From: Phycisphaera mikurensis NBRC 102666
GTDB lineage: Bacteria > Planctomycetota > Phycisphaerae > Phycisphaerales > Phycisphaeraceae
NCBI RefSeq assembly: GCF_000284115.1
Contig: NC_017080.1
Location: 750,001-782,000, forward strand
Direction: 5' to 3'
DNA length: 32,000 nucleotides
The notes below the pieces were generated by a model. The model was given only the letters and a program-made list of their open reading frames with translations, was not told where the DNA came from and did no database searches. Each line of letters starts with the position of its first letter. The stretch's first letter is position 1. Position numbers and translations under genes: made by a program. Below are positions 1 through 10,395 of the stretch, piece by piece.

Positions 1-136
1 CGGCGACCCGCTGGCACAGGGCGATCACGCAGAAGCCGATGGCGAATCCGATCGCGAAGTCCAGCGGGTGCCCCGAGCCGACCAGGCCCGCGTAGAGCAC
101 CGCGAGGAACACGTTGAGCATGAACGTCCGCAGCAT
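1..136 (-). CDS. mnhE: Mrp/Mnh Na+/H+ antiporter subunit E, N-terminal part (truncated by window edge)
   Basis: Reverse translation MLRTFMLNVFLAVLYAGLVGSGHPLDFAIGFAIGFCVIALCQRVA resembles the MrpE N-terminus. ATG at 136 overlaps the mnhD stop (TGATG). Position follows A-B-C-D. Confidence 0.75.
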   Translation of the reverse strand, partial: MLRTFMLNVFLAVLYAGLVGSGHPLDFAIGFAIGFCVIALCQRVA

Positions 137-1899
137 CACTTCGTTCCTCCTGCGGAGGAACGAGGGGTCGTGCCCTCGCCGGTGTGGTGACTCCGCGGCG
201 GCGGAGCCGCCGCTGCGTGTGTGGCGTCTGCATGCTCACCGGCGTGAGCCGAGGCGGCGGGATCCGGTGAGGATCCGTGCTTCCCATACGCCTCGGCTGT
301 TGGTTTCCCGATCTTCGGCGGCGGGACGGGGGCGACGTCGATGACGGCCGGATCGGCGGGCAGCACGGCCCGCACATAGGCGGTGGGTTCGGCGAGGCCG
401 GCGCCGGCCCTCTTCGCCAGGGCGAGCGCGGGCTCGGGGGCCAGGCTCATCCAGCCGGCGGCGACCAGCAGCAGCGCCACCGCGACGGCGCGGTGCCAGC
501 CGCAGCGGGCGGGTGCGGGCGGCACGGGACCGGCGGCGGCCTCCGCCGGCTCCTCCGCTTCCGGGAACACCCAGAACACGCCCGCCCAGGCCCGCAGCAC
601 CGCGAGCAGCGTGACGGCCCCGGTCAGGAGCGCGACCACGCCGAGCACCGGGTGCCCGGTCCCGAGCGCCTCCTGGACGATCAGCAGCTTCCCGTAGAAG
701 CCCGACAGCGGCGGCAGGCCCACCAGCGCGAGCAGGATTGCGAGCAGGCCGACGGCCAGCCAGGGGTGGCCGCGGTGCAGGCCGCCGGGGACCCGCCCCC
801 CCCGGAACCGGTCGGTGCCGGCCGCGGCCTCGAGCCGCCCGCAAAGGAGGAAGGCCACCGACACCACCAGCATCGACTGGACGCAGTAGAAGACCGTCCC
901 GGCGAGCGCATCGGCGCTGCCGACCGCGATGCCGGCCAGCGCGAAGCCCACGCCGGTGAGGATCATCATGCACAGCACCATCCGCATCCGCGGGTAGGCC
1001 ACCGCCATCAGCGCCGGCACGAGCATCGTGGCGCCGGCGGTCAGCCCCAGCAGCGGGCCGATCGCGTCGGCGGCGTGGTTCGCCCCGAAGACCGCGGGGA
1101 ACAGCCGCGCCAGCGCGTAGACGCCGACCTTGGTCAGCACGCCGCCGAAGACCGCGAGCGTGGGCGTCGGCAGCGACGGGTAGACGTCGGGCAGCCAGAA
1201 CCACAGCGGGAAGGCACCGGCTTTGAGCGCGAAGACGATCAGCAGCGTGACCGACACCGCCGCGAAGCCCGCCGGCGGCTCGAAGCCCGGCTCCAGGAAG
1301 GTCCGGCACAGGTCCGCCACGTTCAGCGTGCCGAACATTCCGTACACCAGCCCCGCGCCGGTGACGAACAGCGTCGAGGCCAGCAGGTTCAGGAGCACGT
1401 ACTTGTACGCCTGGGCCAGCTGGACTCGCCCGCCGCCGAGGACGACCAGCCCGTAGCTGGCCATCAGCATCACCTCGAAGGCGACGAAGAGGTTGAAGAG
1501 GTCGCCGGTCAGGAACGAGAGGTTCACGCCCGCGACCAGGAAGGCGAACAGCGGGTGGAAGTACCGGCGTTGCAGCGTCTCGGGCAGCGCGGCCACCGCG
1601 TAGAGGTGCCCGCAGAACGCGACCAGCGCGGTGGACGCGAGCAGCATCGAGCTCGTCGCGTCGGCCACGAGGCTGATGCCCAGGGGCGCGGCCCAGCCGC
1701 CCATCTGGCTGGAGAGCACGGCGCTGACCGCATCCGGAGCGCTCGCCACCGCGTTCAGCAGCCACAGGCACAGCCCGAGATTCGCGACGAGCCCGACCGA
1801 GATCACGCGGCCGCACGCGCGTACGCGGGGCACCAGCGGCAGGCTGGCGATCCCCAGCAGCACCGGGAGCAGGACGGGGAGGACGACCCAGCGGTTCAC
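136..1899 (-). CDS. mnhD: Mrp/Mnh antiporter subunit D (proton-conducting membrane transporter)
   Basis: 587 aa ORF with NuoM/MrpD-like motifs (FHPLFAFLVAGVNLSFLTGDLFNLFVAFEVMLMASYGLV, GLPPLSGFYGKLLI). Confidence 0.9.
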   Translation of the reverse strand: MNRWVVLPVLLPVLLGIASLPLVPRVRACGRVISVGLVANLGLCLWLLNAVASAPDAVSAVLSSQMGGWAAPLGISLVADATSSMLLASTALVAFCGHLYAVAALPETLQRRYFHPLFAFLVAGVNLSFLTGDLFNLFVAFEVMLMASYGLVVLGGGRVQLAQAYKYVLLNLLASTLFVTGAGLVYGMFGTLNVADLCRTFLEPGFEPPAGFAAVSVTLLIVFALKAGAFPLWFWLPDVYPSLPTPTLAVFGGVLTKVGVYALARLFPAVFGANHAADAIGPLLGLTAGATMLVPALMAVAYPRMRMVLCMMILTGVGFALAGIAVGSADALAGTVFYCVQSMLVVSVAFLLCGRLEAAAGTDRFRGGRVPGGLHRGHPWLAVGLLAILLALVGLPPLSGFYGKLLIVQEALGTGHPVLGVVALLTGAVTLLAVLRAWAGVFWVFPEAEEPAEAAAGPVPPAPARCGWHRAVAVALLLVAAGWMSLAPEPALALAKRAGAGLAEPTAYVRAVLPADPAVIDVAPVPPPKIGKPTAEAYGKHGSSPDPAASAHAGEHADATHAAAAPPPRSHHTGEGTTPRSSAGGTK

Positions 1900-2426
1900 G
1901 TTCCACCTCCGGTGGAGGGTGAGGTCCGGCCGATGGAGGCCGCTGCCGGCCTCGCTTCGTCGACGGGCGTGGCCGCAAGGCCTCCGTCGAGCCCCGGCCC
2001 GTCCGGGTCGCCGGCGGCGCCGGTCTTGATCGCGGCCAGCTCGGCGACGCTCATGCTCCCCGCCGCCCGGCTGGTCACCACCAGCAGGGTGAGCGTGAGG
2101 CCCATGACGGCGAAGCCGATCACGATGGCGGTGAGGATGAGCGCCTGGGGCAGCGGGTCGACCATCACGTCCAGCGCGGCGGAGACCTCGCCGGACCGCA
2201 GCTGCGCGTCAAAGGCGTAGCTGCTCACCGGCGGCCGCTTGATGGAATAGCCCTCGCCGCCCTCGCCGGGGAGGACCGCCGAACCGGAGACCGCGAGGAT
2301 CGCCAGGTTCGCGGCGTGCGACAGCAGGAAGACGCCCATGGCCACGCCCTTCATCTCCCGGGAGAGCAGGAGGTAGACCGACACCCCGAAGCAGGCGGCG
2401 ACGCAGCAGGCGAGGACGAAGATCAA
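1896..2426 (-). CDS. mnhC: Mrp/Mnh antiporter subunit C (NuoK-like)
   Basis: [48 protein letters not shown]...[27 protein letters not shown]. Probable TTG start at 2426 preceded by GGGAGG and overlapping the mnhB stop. The longer 347-aa ORF call is a frame extension. Confidence 0.85.
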   Translation of the reverse strand: MIFVLACCVAACFGVSVYLLLSREMKGVAMGVFLLSHAANLAILAVSGSAVLPGEGGEGYSIKRPPVSSYAFDAQLRSGEVSAALDVMVDPLPQALILTAIVIGFAVMGLTLTLLVVTSRAAGSMSVAELAAIKTGAAGDPDGPGLDGGLAATPVDEARPAAASIGRTSPSTGGGT

Positions 2427-2926
2427 GCTTCCTCCCTCCCGAGCGGCGGAGCGGTCGCAGGCGCGGGCTCCACGCCGGTGGCGCCGGCGATCGGCTCCTC
2501 GCCGTCCTCGATCTGCTCGCCGAGCCGCTGGATCAGCCCGGTCGACGCCCCGATCACCACCAGCACCACGCCGGTGTCGAAGAAGAACACGCTCACGAAG
2601 TGGATGCTCTGGCCCCAGACGATCGGGAACGCGTCGATGACGGTCGAGGTGAGCATCGGGTTGCCCCACAGAAGCGGCAGCGCCCCGGTGACCGCCGCGA
2701 GCAGCAGCCCCGCGGCAATCAGCGTCCGCGGGTGCACCGGGATCAGCCGGAGGAGGGCCTCCCGCCCGCACGCCATCGCGTACACGATCAGCGCCACCGC
2801 CGCCGTGAGCCCGCCGATGAACCCGCCGCCGGGCGCGTTGTGCCCCTTGAGCATCATGTACGCGGCGAAGACCAGCGACAGCGGGAGGATCAGCCGCGCG
2901 GCGGTCTGGAAGAGAAGGGAACTCAT
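2423..2926 (-). CDS. mnhB: Mrp/Mnh antiporter subunit B
   Basis: [50 protein letters not shown]...[13 protein letters not shown] is typical of MrpB. Internal ATG at 2926 chosen over the 276-aa ORF. Confidence 0.85.
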   Translation of the reverse strand: MSSLLFQTAARLILPLSLVFAAYMMLKGHNAPGGGFIGGLTAAVALIVYAMACGREALLRLIPVHPRTLIAAGLLLAAVTGALPLLWGNPMLTSTVIDAFPIVWGQSIHFVSVFFFDTGVVLVVIGASTGLIQRLGEQIEDGEEPIAGATGVEPAPATAPPLGREEA

Positions 2927-3242
2927 CGGGGCGCTCCAATCGTCCGGGCAGCGAACCGCTTGGCCGCAGAGGACTGGCACGGGCACAGAGGCACGAAGAA
3001 CGGCATCCAGGTCGAGCGAAGGAGCATCAGGCCGACGCGATCTTCGCACGCTCTGCCAACGCCGCGGAGGTGCGAAGCATCCGCGGACCGTGGTCGCCAT
3101 CGACCGATCAAGCTCGCGGTCCGCGGATTTGCGGCAACGCGGAGGCCCCTGCTCCCCGTCTCGGCTCTGTGCCTCTGTGCCTTCGCGCCCTCCGTGATGA
3201 AGCGGAGCGCCTGCTCGCAAGTCGCTGGAACTCGAAGAAGAC

Positions 3243-5780
3243 TCACGCGTCACCTCCCGCCGGGGCGTCGCTCTTTCCGGTCTTCTTCTTCGCGAGCATG
3301 GCCCACACGCACAGGGCGGCGAGGCCGAGCACCGAGATCTCGCCGAGGGTGTCGAAGCCCCGGAAGTCCACGAGGATGACGTTGACGATGTTCCAGCCGC
3401 CGCCGCCGCGGCCCAGCTCGCCGGTCACCGGGTCTTCCACGCCCTTGTAGGTCGCCCGCACGAAGGCCTCGCCCAGCCGCGTTGGGGGATCCGCCGTCGC
3501 GGCGAGCAGCGTTAGCCAGCCGAGCGTGAGGCCCACCGCCGCCGAGAGCACCGGCCGCCAGGGGCCCGGCTTGCCGCAGGGCTTCGCGTCCGCGGGCAGC
3601 AGCCGCAGCGCCAGCACGAACAGCAGCACGGAGATGATCTCGAAGAACAGCTGCGTGAGGGCCAGGTCGGGCGCCTCGAAGAGCACGTACATCGCGACCA
3701 CCGCGAAGCCGCAGGCGCCCAGGAGCAGCACCCGGACGACGCGCTCCCGGGCGACCGGCAGCAGGAAGGCGGTGAGGCAGATCATGCCGCCCAGGAACAC
3801 GACCGGCCACGACTCCCCCGCGTCGGCGAGAGCCGCCAGCACCGCTTCGCTCATCGACCGGTCGCGTGCGTACGCCAGAGCGAATCCCGCGACGAGCACG
3901 GTGAGCACCACCGAGACGTAGTGACGGATCGAGCCGGTCTGGAGGTGTCGCTGCGCGAGGCCACCGAGTCCTTCCAGGCTTCCAGAGGCGAGGGGGAAGA
4001 TCCTCGTGTGAGCGTCGGGGTTCGCCCCGCGTAGGAGCGGCGACAGCCCCAGCGCAACGCCGGCCGCGATCGCCACCGCCGAGAGCAGGAGCTCGACGGA
4101 GAGGTGCGGGATCCACGGCACCTCGCCGTGGAAGCCGGGGTAGTGGATGTTGGTCTCGAAGGGCAGGAACAGGGCGTTCCACAGCGGCGTCGCCGTGCCG
4201 CCAACGAACTGCAACGCCACCAGCGGCACCGCCGGCAGCCAGATCATCGCCCCCCAGAGCCCGCCCTCGGCCGCGTGGTGATGCCCGTGGTCCTCGTGCC
4301 CGTGGCGGCCGTGCGTCGGCTTCATCCCGAAGCGCTCGCTCCCGAGCAGCGTCGTGGCCAGCCGCACGAAGATCGCCACGTTGCACATCGCCGTGAGCAG
4401 CGTGGCGACGAGCACGACGTACACCAGCGGGTGCTCCTTCGCCGCATGGACCACCGCGTAGAGGAAGATCTCCTTCGCCTGGAAGCTGATCGACAGCGGC
4501 AGCGCGGCGAGGCACCAGCCCGCCGCCAGCAGCACGCCGCAGATCGCCTTGTGCTTGTGGAAGGCTCCGAACAAGTCGGGCAGCTGCCGGCTGGCGACGT
4601 GGCCGATCGCGCCCGCGCAGATGAACAGCGGGGCCTTGTAGAAGGCGTGGTTGGCGATCTGCGTGACGTCGAAGTCGATCGCCGGCAGCACCTTCTCGTA
4701 GCCGTCGCCGGCGTACGCGTACGTGAGCCCGCCGAGCCCGTACATCGTCATCAGCAGGCCGAGCTGGGAGATCGTCGTGTACGCGAAGACCTGCTTGAGG
4801 TCGTGCTTGCACACCGCCATCACCCCGCCGAGGAGCATCGTGACGGTGCCGAAAGGGATGATCACCCCGGCCCAGCTGCTGATCGACACGCCATCGGTCG
4901 CGTCGCCGAAGGCCGGGAACAGCCGGCCCACGAGGAAGACGCCGGCCTTGACCATCGTCGCCGAGTGCAGGAAGGCGGACACCGGCGTCGGCGCCGCCAT
5001 CGCTCCCGGCAGCCAGTAGTGCAGCGGCCACTGGGCCGACTTCGCCGCCGCTCCGACGAACATGAACACGAAGCCGAGCACCACCCCCGTGCTGCCGAAG
5101 TCGACGTCGGCTCCGGCCAGCTCGCTCCAGCGCCACACGCCGGTGGTCGCTCCGAAGACTGCGATGCCGCCGAGCAGGAACATCCCGCCCAGCCCGGTCG
5201 TGAAGAAGGCTTGCACCGCCAGCTTGATCGCGTTGCGATCGTGCCGGTCCCAGCCGATCAGCAGGAACGAGCTGACCGAGGTGAGCTCCCAGAACACCAG
5301 CGTCAGCAGCGTGGAGTCCGCCAGAACCACCCCGAGCATCGCCGTGGTGAAGAAGCCCAGCGTCGCGTAGAAGCGGCGGAGGTCCAGCCGGGCCTGCTCG
5401 TCCGCCGCCCCGAAGTAGCCCCGGGCATAGAGCACGATCAGCACGCCGATGCCCGAGACCAGCAGCCCGAAGAACCCGCCGAGGCCGTTGGGCCACCACG
5501 AGAGGTTCAGGTTGAGGGATGGGATCCAAGGGACCGACGGCGGGGGTGCGGCGGAGACTGCCGGGGGTGTGGCGTAGGTCGCGTGCCCCGCGGCCGCTGC
5601 GCCCGCCGCGTCTGCGGCGGGCAGCGAGAGGTTCGACGCGATCAGCACGAAAGCCAGCAGCGGCCCGAGCATCGCCAGCAGCACCCGCGGCTTCACCGAC
5701 CGGCTCGGCAGCAGCAGCGACGCGAGCCCCGTCCCCAGCGGGAGCAGCACAGCCAGCAACAGGATCCAGACGACGCTCAT
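3243..5780 (-). CDS. mnhA: Mrp/Mnh antiporter subunit A
   Basis: 845 aa NuoL/MrpA-like ORF ([79 protein letters not shown]) with an MrpA-type C-terminal extension. Confidence 0.9.
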   Translation of the reverse strand: MSVVWILLLAVLLPLGTGLASLLLPSRSVKPRVLLAMLGPLLAFVLIASNLSLPAADAAGAAAAGHATYATPPAVSAAPPPSVPWIPSLNLNLSWWPNGLGGFFGLLVSGIGVLIVLYARGYFGAADEQARLDLRRFYATLGFFTTAMLGVVLADSTLLTLVFWELTSVSSFLLIGWDRHDRNAIKLAVQAFFTTGLGGMFLLGGIAVFGATTGVWRWSELAGADVDFGSTGVVLGFVFMFVGAAAKSAQWPLHYWLPGAMAAPTPVSAFLHSATMVKAGVFLVGRLFPAFGDATDGVSISSWAGVIIPFGTVTMLLGGVMAVCKHDLKQVFAYTTISQLGLLMTMYGLGGLTYAYAGDGYEKVLPAIDFDVTQIANHAFYKAPLFICAGAIGHVASRQLPDLFGAFHKHKAICGVLLAAGWCLAALPLSISFQAKEIFLYAVVHAAKEHPLVYVVLVATLLTAMCNVAIFVRLATTLLGSERFGMKPTHGRHGHEDHGHHHAAEGGLWGAMIWLPAVPLVALQFVGGTATPLWNALFLPFETNIHYPGFHGEVPWIPHLSVELLLSAVAIAAGVALGLSPLLRGANPDAHTRIFPLASGSLEGLGGLAQRHLQTGSIRHYVSVVLTVLVAGFALAYARDRSMSEAVLAALADAGESWPVVFLGGMICLTAFLLPVARERVVRVLLLGACGFAVVAMYVLFEAPDLALTQLFFEIISVLLFVLALRLLPADAKPCGKPGPWRPVLSAAVGLTLGWLTLLAATADPPTRLGEAFVRATYKGVEDPVTGELGRGGGGWNIVNVILVDFRGFDTLGEISVLGLAALCVWAMLAKKKTGKSDAPAGGDA

Positions 5781-5969
5781 CGAGCCGGGTCAGCGGTGAA
5801 GTCGGACGCGGCGGCAACCGTGCCACCCGCGCGAGCCACCGACCCTATCGGATCCGCGGACTACAGCCCCATCGGCCGCAAGGAGCCAACCATCCGCGGC
5901 CCGCGCCCGTGTCCGAGAACCAGCCGCCACACCCGCACCCCACCTCCTCCTCCACAACCTCACTCTTCT

Positions 5970-5990
5970 TCAAGGGGACGCGTCCCTTGA
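5970..5990. repeat. Imperfect palindrome TCAAGGGGACGCGTCCCTTGA upstream of the RAYT gene (REP-like hairpin candidate)
   Basis: Read directly: TCAAGGG(G)ACG / CGTCCCTTGA inverted arms with one extra G. Confidence 0.5.
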
Positions 5991-6022
5991 CAGGAGGCGG
6001 GGGTGGGGTAGGGTTGTGGGAG

Positions 6023-7186
6023 ATGGCACGTCGCACGCGATCTTGTTTGTTGCCGCTGGGGGCTCCGCGGTTCTTGGTGCATTGTGTGGCGCGGTGCACG
6101 AGGCAGTTGCACATGCTTGCGGATGCCGGGGGTGGGGCGGCATCCGGTGGAGCGGCTGGCTGCTGCGAGCCGGCGGGCCTGCGGAAGGAGATCCTGCTGG
6201 CCCGGCTCGAGGAGCTGGTGGGGGTGATGGCGGTGGAGGTCATCGCCTTCGCGGTCATGGACAACCACGTCCACCTGGTGCTGCGGGTGAGCCGGGCGGA
6301 GGCGCAGCGTTGGAGCGACGAGCAGGTGCTGCAACGCTGGTGGCGGCTTCACCCGCTGCGTGACGGGTACAACCGTCCGCGGGAGGCGGCGGAGGAGGAG
6401 GTGGCTTCGGCGCTGGCGGATGCGGCGTTCCTGGCCGGCTGCCGGGAGAAGCTGGCGAGCCTCTCGAAGTTCATGCAGTGCTTCTCCCAGCACGCGGCCG
6501 AGCGGATCAACAAGCTGGAGGAAACCGGCGGGCCGGTGTGGGCGGGACGCTTCAAGAGCGTGCTGGTGAAGGACCTGGAGCAGCTGGTGGCGACGATGGT
6601 GTACGTCGACCTGAACCCCTTCGCGGCGGGCGTGTGCGAGACGCCCGAAGACGGCCGCCACACCTCGCTGGCGGGGCGGCTGGGGCGGGACGAGCCGTGC
6701 GGTGCCGAAGCCGCGGACCCGGCGGACCCGGCCGCCACCCGCCGATCCGGCCGATCCGGCCGATCCGCGGACCGCGAGCCCGGTGAGGCCGCAACGCCCG
6801 ACGGTCCGCGGCCGCCGCGTCGGCGGCCCAGCGGCCGCTGGCTGCGTCCGCTCGACGAGTCGCTGGAGCGTCAGCGTCGCCGGGGCCACCGGCCGCTGGC
6901 GGACGGTGAAGCGGTGCGGGCCGCCTCGGTGGGCACGGTGGCGGCGGGGCTGTCGCTGCGGGCGTACCTGCGCGTGCTCGATGCGGTGGCGCGGAAGCTG
7001 CGCAAGGGCAAGCGGCGGCTGGCGGCGGGCACGGCCGGCGTCTTCGAGCGGCTGGGCCTCGAAGCCGACGCGGTGGCGGGCCGCGTGCTGGCGCTGGCGC
7101 AGCGGGACGGGCTGCTCGGGACGCAGCCCGTCGCGGCCGGACCGCTGCGGCGACCTCGCCGCCTGGGCCAGGTCGCGGCTTCATGA
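6023..7186 (+). CDS. REP-associated tyrosine transposase-like (Y1_Tnp/IS200-type) protein
   Basis: MARRTRSCLLPLGAPRFLVHCVARCTRQLHML...FAVMDNHVHLVLRVS...VDLNPFAAGV. The metal-binding H-V-H in NHVHLVLR is typical of Y1 transposases. ATG at 6023 is in frame with ORF 5519..7186. Confidence 0.8.
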   Translation: MARRTRSCLLPLGAPRFLVHCVARCTRQLHMLADAGGGAASGGAAGCCEPAGLRKEILLARLEELVGVMAVEVIAFAVMDNHVHLVLRVSRAEAQRWSDEQVLQRWWRLHPLRDGYNRPREAAEEEVASALADAAFLAGCREKLASLSKFMQCFSQHAAERINKLEETGGPVWAGRFKSVLVKDLEQLVATMVYVDLNPFAAGVCETPEDGRHTSLAGRLGRDEPCGAEAADPADPAATRRSGRSGRSADREPGEAATPDGPRPPRRRPSGRWLRPLDESLERQRRRGHRPLADGEAVRAASVGTVAAGLSLRAYLRVLDAVARKLRKGKRRLAAGTAGVFERLGLEADAVAGRVLALAQRDGLLGTQPVAAGPLRRPRRLGQVAAS

Positions 7187-7292
7187 CCGGGCGCCCGGGA
7201 AATGCGAAGAGACGCCCCGCGCCTCTGAAGCCTGATCCATGAAGGCGCAAGCGGGTCGCTCCGCGATGAGCGGATCGCGGCCCCGGAGCATC

Positions 7293-7721
7293 TCACGCCG
7301 CCGACATCCGCTGCTGCACGATCTCCACGCCGACGAGGAAACCCCCGTCACTCTCGCGGCACTGACGCACCGTGCCGAAGCGGTCCACGCCCGGCTCACC
7401 GCCCTGGCCGGGGATGAACATCGACAGCCGGGAGCCCACGGGGATCGGCGTCGGCGACCAAGCGCCCACGCCGCCCTCGCTCGCGTCCACCAGCTCCAGC
7501 GAGCCGATCTGGCCGAGGCTGCGCGAGGCGTTCATGTGATCGTCCTCGCCGTCCCCGTAGCGGACGAAGGTGACGCGGCCGGCGGTCTGCCAGCGGGCCT
7601 GCAGCCGGCGCTCGAACTTGAAGGGGCCCACGTCCTCGGCGGGCTTGTCGGTGACCAGTCGCAGGGCGGGCGCGGCGTCCGCGTTCGGCTGGGTGTTCTC
7701 GAGGGGGAGGTCCTGCTGCAT
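7293..7721 (-). CDS. PilZ-domain-like protein
   Basis: MQQDLPLENTQPNADAAPALRLVTDKPAEDVGPFKFERRLQARWQTAGRVTFVRYGD...ASEGGVGAWSPTPIPVGSRLSMFI...GTVRQCRESDGGFLVGVEIVQ resembles the PilZ fold pattern. Confidence 0.5.
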   Translation of the reverse strand: MQQDLPLENTQPNADAAPALRLVTDKPAEDVGPFKFERRLQARWQTAGRVTFVRYGDGEDDHMNASRSLGQIGSLELVDASEGGVGAWSPTPIPVGSRLSMFIPGQGGEPGVDRFGTVRQCRESDGGFLVGVEIVQQRMSAA

Positions 7722-7815
7722 AAGATGCCCGGGTTGAAGCGTGCTGCCCGCCGCCGAAACGTCTTCGGGGAACCGGGGCGGGGATGGCAAGCCCATCGGC
7801 GGATTTTCGAACCGG

Positions 7816-9468
7816 ATGAAGCCGCTCCGCCCGCCTGTGCCAACGATGCCGATCGCAACGCCCACGGACGCCGCCGAGACCGTTCCATCGATCGGTCGGG
7901 TGTGCCTCGTCGGCGCCGGCCCGGGTGATCCGGGTCTGCTGACGGTCGCCGGGCTCGACCGCCTCCGCCGGGCCGACGTCGTCGTGTACGACGCGCTCGC
8001 AAGCCCGCGCCTGCTCGCCGAGGCGAAGCGGGGGGCCGACCTCGTGGACGTCGGCAAGCGGGCCCGCCACCACAAGATGCAGCAGGACGACATCAACGCC
8101 CTGCTCGTGGCCGAAGCGCGGGCGGGACGCTCGGTGGTCCGCCTCAAGGGCGGCGACCCGTACCTCTTCGGACGCGGCGCCGAGGAGGCGGCGGCCTGCG
8201 CCCGCGGGGGCGTCGCCTGCGAGGTGCTGCCCGGGGTGACCTCCGGGCTGGCGGCGCCCGCCACGGCCGGCATCCCGGTCACGCACCGCAGGGTCGCCTC
8301 GACGGTCACGCTGGTCACCGGCCACGAGGACCCGACCAAGGAGGGGACCTCGGTCGACTACCGCGGCCTCGCGCTGCTGATCGCCCGGGGCGGGACGGCG
8401 TGCTTCTACATGGGCGTCGGCCGGCTGCCGCTCATCGCGCAGCAGCTCGCGGCGGAGGGCCTCGACACCGCGACGCCCGCGGCCGTCGTGCAGTGGGGCA
8501 CGACGCCGCGGCAGAGGCGCTGCGTCGCCCCGCTGGACGGGCTCGCCGCCGCCGCGGCGGCCGCGGGCGTGTCGTCGCCCGCCATCGTGGTGGTCGGCGA
8601 GGCCGCGGGCATCCAGGAGCCCGGGCTGGACTTCTTCACCGACCGCCCGCTCTTCGGCCAACGCGTGCTCGTGACGCGGACGCGGCAGGACCCCTCCCGC
8701 CTCGAGAATCTGCTGCTCGCCGCGGGCGCCGACCCGATCGAGGCGCCGACGCTGCGGCTGGTCGCGCCCGAGGATCCCGCCCCCGCCGACGCGGCCCTCC
8801 GCCGGCTCGGGCCCCCGCCCGCCGCGTCGGACCCGGCGGCACCACCGCGCTTCGACGCCCTCGTGCTGACCAGCGGCAACGCCGTCGACGCCCTGGCCGA
8901 TCGCCTCGACGCGTTGGGCCTCGACGGGCGGGTGCTCGCCGGCGTCGAGCTCTGCGTCGTCGGCCCCGCGACCGCCGCACGCCTGCACGAGCGGCTCCGC
9001 CTGCGGGCGGACCGGCTGCCCGAGACGCTCACCGGCGCGGGCGTCGCCGAGGCGTTCGCCGCCGCGGGCGCCGCCGCCGGACGCCGCTTCCTGCTGTACC
9101 GGGCCGACATCGCCCGCCCCGAGCTGCCCGAAGGTTTGGAGGCCGCCGGCGCGGCCGAGGTGTGCGAGGTCGTGGCGTACGAGAGCCGACCCGCGGCGTC
9201 GCTGCCGGAGGAGGCGATGGCGGCGCTGCGCGACCGAAGCGTCGACTGGCTGACCTTCACCAGCGCCGCCACCGCCCGGAACCTCGTCGACCTGCTCGGC
9301 GAGGAGCGGGCGCTGCTGGACGCCCCCCGCGTCGCCTCGATCGGCCCGATCACCAGCGAGGCCTGCCGCGGGCTTGGCCTCCGCGTCGCCGCTGAAGCCG
9401 AGGACCCCTCGCTGGAGTCGCTCACCGCGGCCATGGCGGCCGCGGGGCCGCGGGAGCCCAACGCTTGA
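7816..9468 (+). CDS. cobA-hemD: Uroporphyrinogen-III C-methyltransferase / uroporphyrinogen-III synthase fusion
   Basis: SIGRVCLVGAGPGDPGLLTVAGLDRLRRADVVVYDAL...VVRLKGGDPYLFGRGAEEA...GIPVTHR (SUMT motifs), then GQRVLVTRTRQDPSRLENLLLAAGADPIEAPTL...VDWLTFTSAATARNLVDLL (HemD-like). Confidence 0.92.
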   Translation: MKPLRPPVPTMPIATPTDAAETVPSIGRVCLVGAGPGDPGLLTVAGLDRLRRADVVVYDALASPRLLAEAKRGADLVDVGKRARHHKMQQDDINALLVAEARAGRSVVRLKGGDPYLFGRGAEEAAACARGGVACEVLPGVTSGLAAPATAGIPVTHRRVASTVTLVTGHEDPTKEGTSVDYRGLALLIARGGTACFYMGVGRLPLIAQQLAAEGLDTATPAAVVQWGTTPRQRRCVAPLDGLAAAAAAAGVSSPAIVVVGEAAGIQEPGLDFFTDRPLFGQRVLVTRTRQDPSRLENLLLAAGADPIEAPTLRLVAPEDPAPADAALRRLGPPPAASDPAAPPRFDALVLTSGNAVDALADRLDALGLDGRVLAGVELCVVGPATAARLHERLRLRADRLPETLTGAGVAEAFAAAGAAAGRRFLLYRADIARPELPEGLEAAGAAEVCEVVAYESRPAASLPEEAMAALRDRSVDWLTFTSAATARNLVDLLGEERALLDAPRVASIGPITSEACRGLGLRVAAEAEDPSLESLTAAMAAAGPREPNA

Positions 9469-10016
9469 GCGTTGCCCGCCTCCCCGGGGGCAGAACCGCC
9501 GTGCTGCTCATCGACCTGCAGGAGAAGCTGCTGCCCGTCGTCGACGGAGGCGACACCGTGCTGCGCCGCGTGGAGCGGCTCGCCCGCGGGGCGGCGGTCC
9601 TGGACGTGCCGCTGCTCGTCACCGAGCAGTACCCGCAGGGGCTCGGCCGCACCGTGTCCGCGCTCCGTCGCGAGCTGGCCGAGGACGTGCCGCGGCTGGA
9701 GAAGACCCGCTTCTCGGCCGGCGGCCCCAAGCTGCTCGCTCAGCTGCGCTCCTGGGACGCCGAGGCCGTGGTGCTCGCGGGCGTCGAGACCCACGTGTGC
9801 GTGCTCCAGACCGCCCTGGACCTGCTCGACGCGGGCTTCACCGTCGCCTGCTGCCGCGACGCGGTCGGCTCCCGCCGGGCCGGGGACGCCGCCGCGGGCA
9901 CCGCCCGCATGGAGGCGGCCGGCGTGCTGCCCGCGACGGTGGAGTCCGTGCTGATGGAGCTCTGCGGCGACGCCGCCACGCCGGGCTTCCGCCGGCTCCA
10001 CCCGGTGATCCGCTGA
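9465..10016 (+). CDS. Isochorismatase-family cysteine hydrolase
   Basis: TAVLLIDLQEKLLPVV...VLAGVETHVCVLQTALDLLDAGFTVACCRDAVGSR matches the catalytic pattern. TTG start overlaps the upstream TGA. Confidence 0.85.
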   Translation: MSVARLPGGRTAVLLIDLQEKLLPVVDGGDTVLRRVERLARGAAVLDVPLLVTEQYPQGLGRTVSALRRELAEDVPRLEKTRFSAGGPKLLAQLRSWDAEAVVLAGVETHVCVLQTALDLLDAGFTVACCRDAVGSRRAGDAAAGTARMEAAGVLPATVESVLMELCGDAATPGFRRLHPVIR

Positions 10017-10145
10017 ACGCCGGTCGGCATTGCCCGCTTCCGCGGCTCCGGCCCCGCCGCGGCGGATTGCTGTAGGGTCGAAGCTCCTTCCGCGGCGGCC
10101 TCCCGAGGCCTCCGCCTCCTTCCCCCGGCTCCGGAGCACCCACCG

Positions 10146-10322
10146 ATGAACGAAACGTACGAACAGCTCAAGCAGCTCGTCTCCTCCATTGAGGACGACA
10201 TCCAGAAGGCCGGCCAGGGCAACCGAGCCGCCGGCACCCGCGTGCGCAAGGCGATGCAGGACGTCAAGAACCTCGCCCAGGACCTCCGCAAGAAGATCCT
10301 CGAGGACCGCGACAGCGACTGA
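10146..10322 (+). CDS. Small histone H1-like protein (58 aa)
   Basis: Translation MNETYEQLKQLVSSIEDDIQKAGQGNRAAGTRVRKAMQDVKNLAQDLRKKILEDRDSD resembles bacterial Hc1/H1-like proteins (A-G-T-R-x-R-K motif). Confidence 0.65.
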   Translation: MNETYEQLKQLVSSIEDDIQKAGQGNRAAGTRVRKAMQDVKNLAQDLRKKILEDRDSD

Positions 10323-10395
10323 GCGGCGACGCTCGACGGACCCGCGAGGCGCCGGCGGGCTTCCCCCGGGCCGACTTGCCCGACACGTTTGGCCC

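Noticed and set aside
1896-2939. 347-aa ORF as a single protein
   Set aside because: The N-terminal half is an out-of-frame reading of mnhB; only the C-terminal 177 codons are MnhC.
5519-6022. N-terminal 168 codons of the 555-aa ORF around the transposase
   Set aside because: Low-complexity R/A/P/S sequence antisense to mnhA. The Y1 domain starts at the ATG at 6023.
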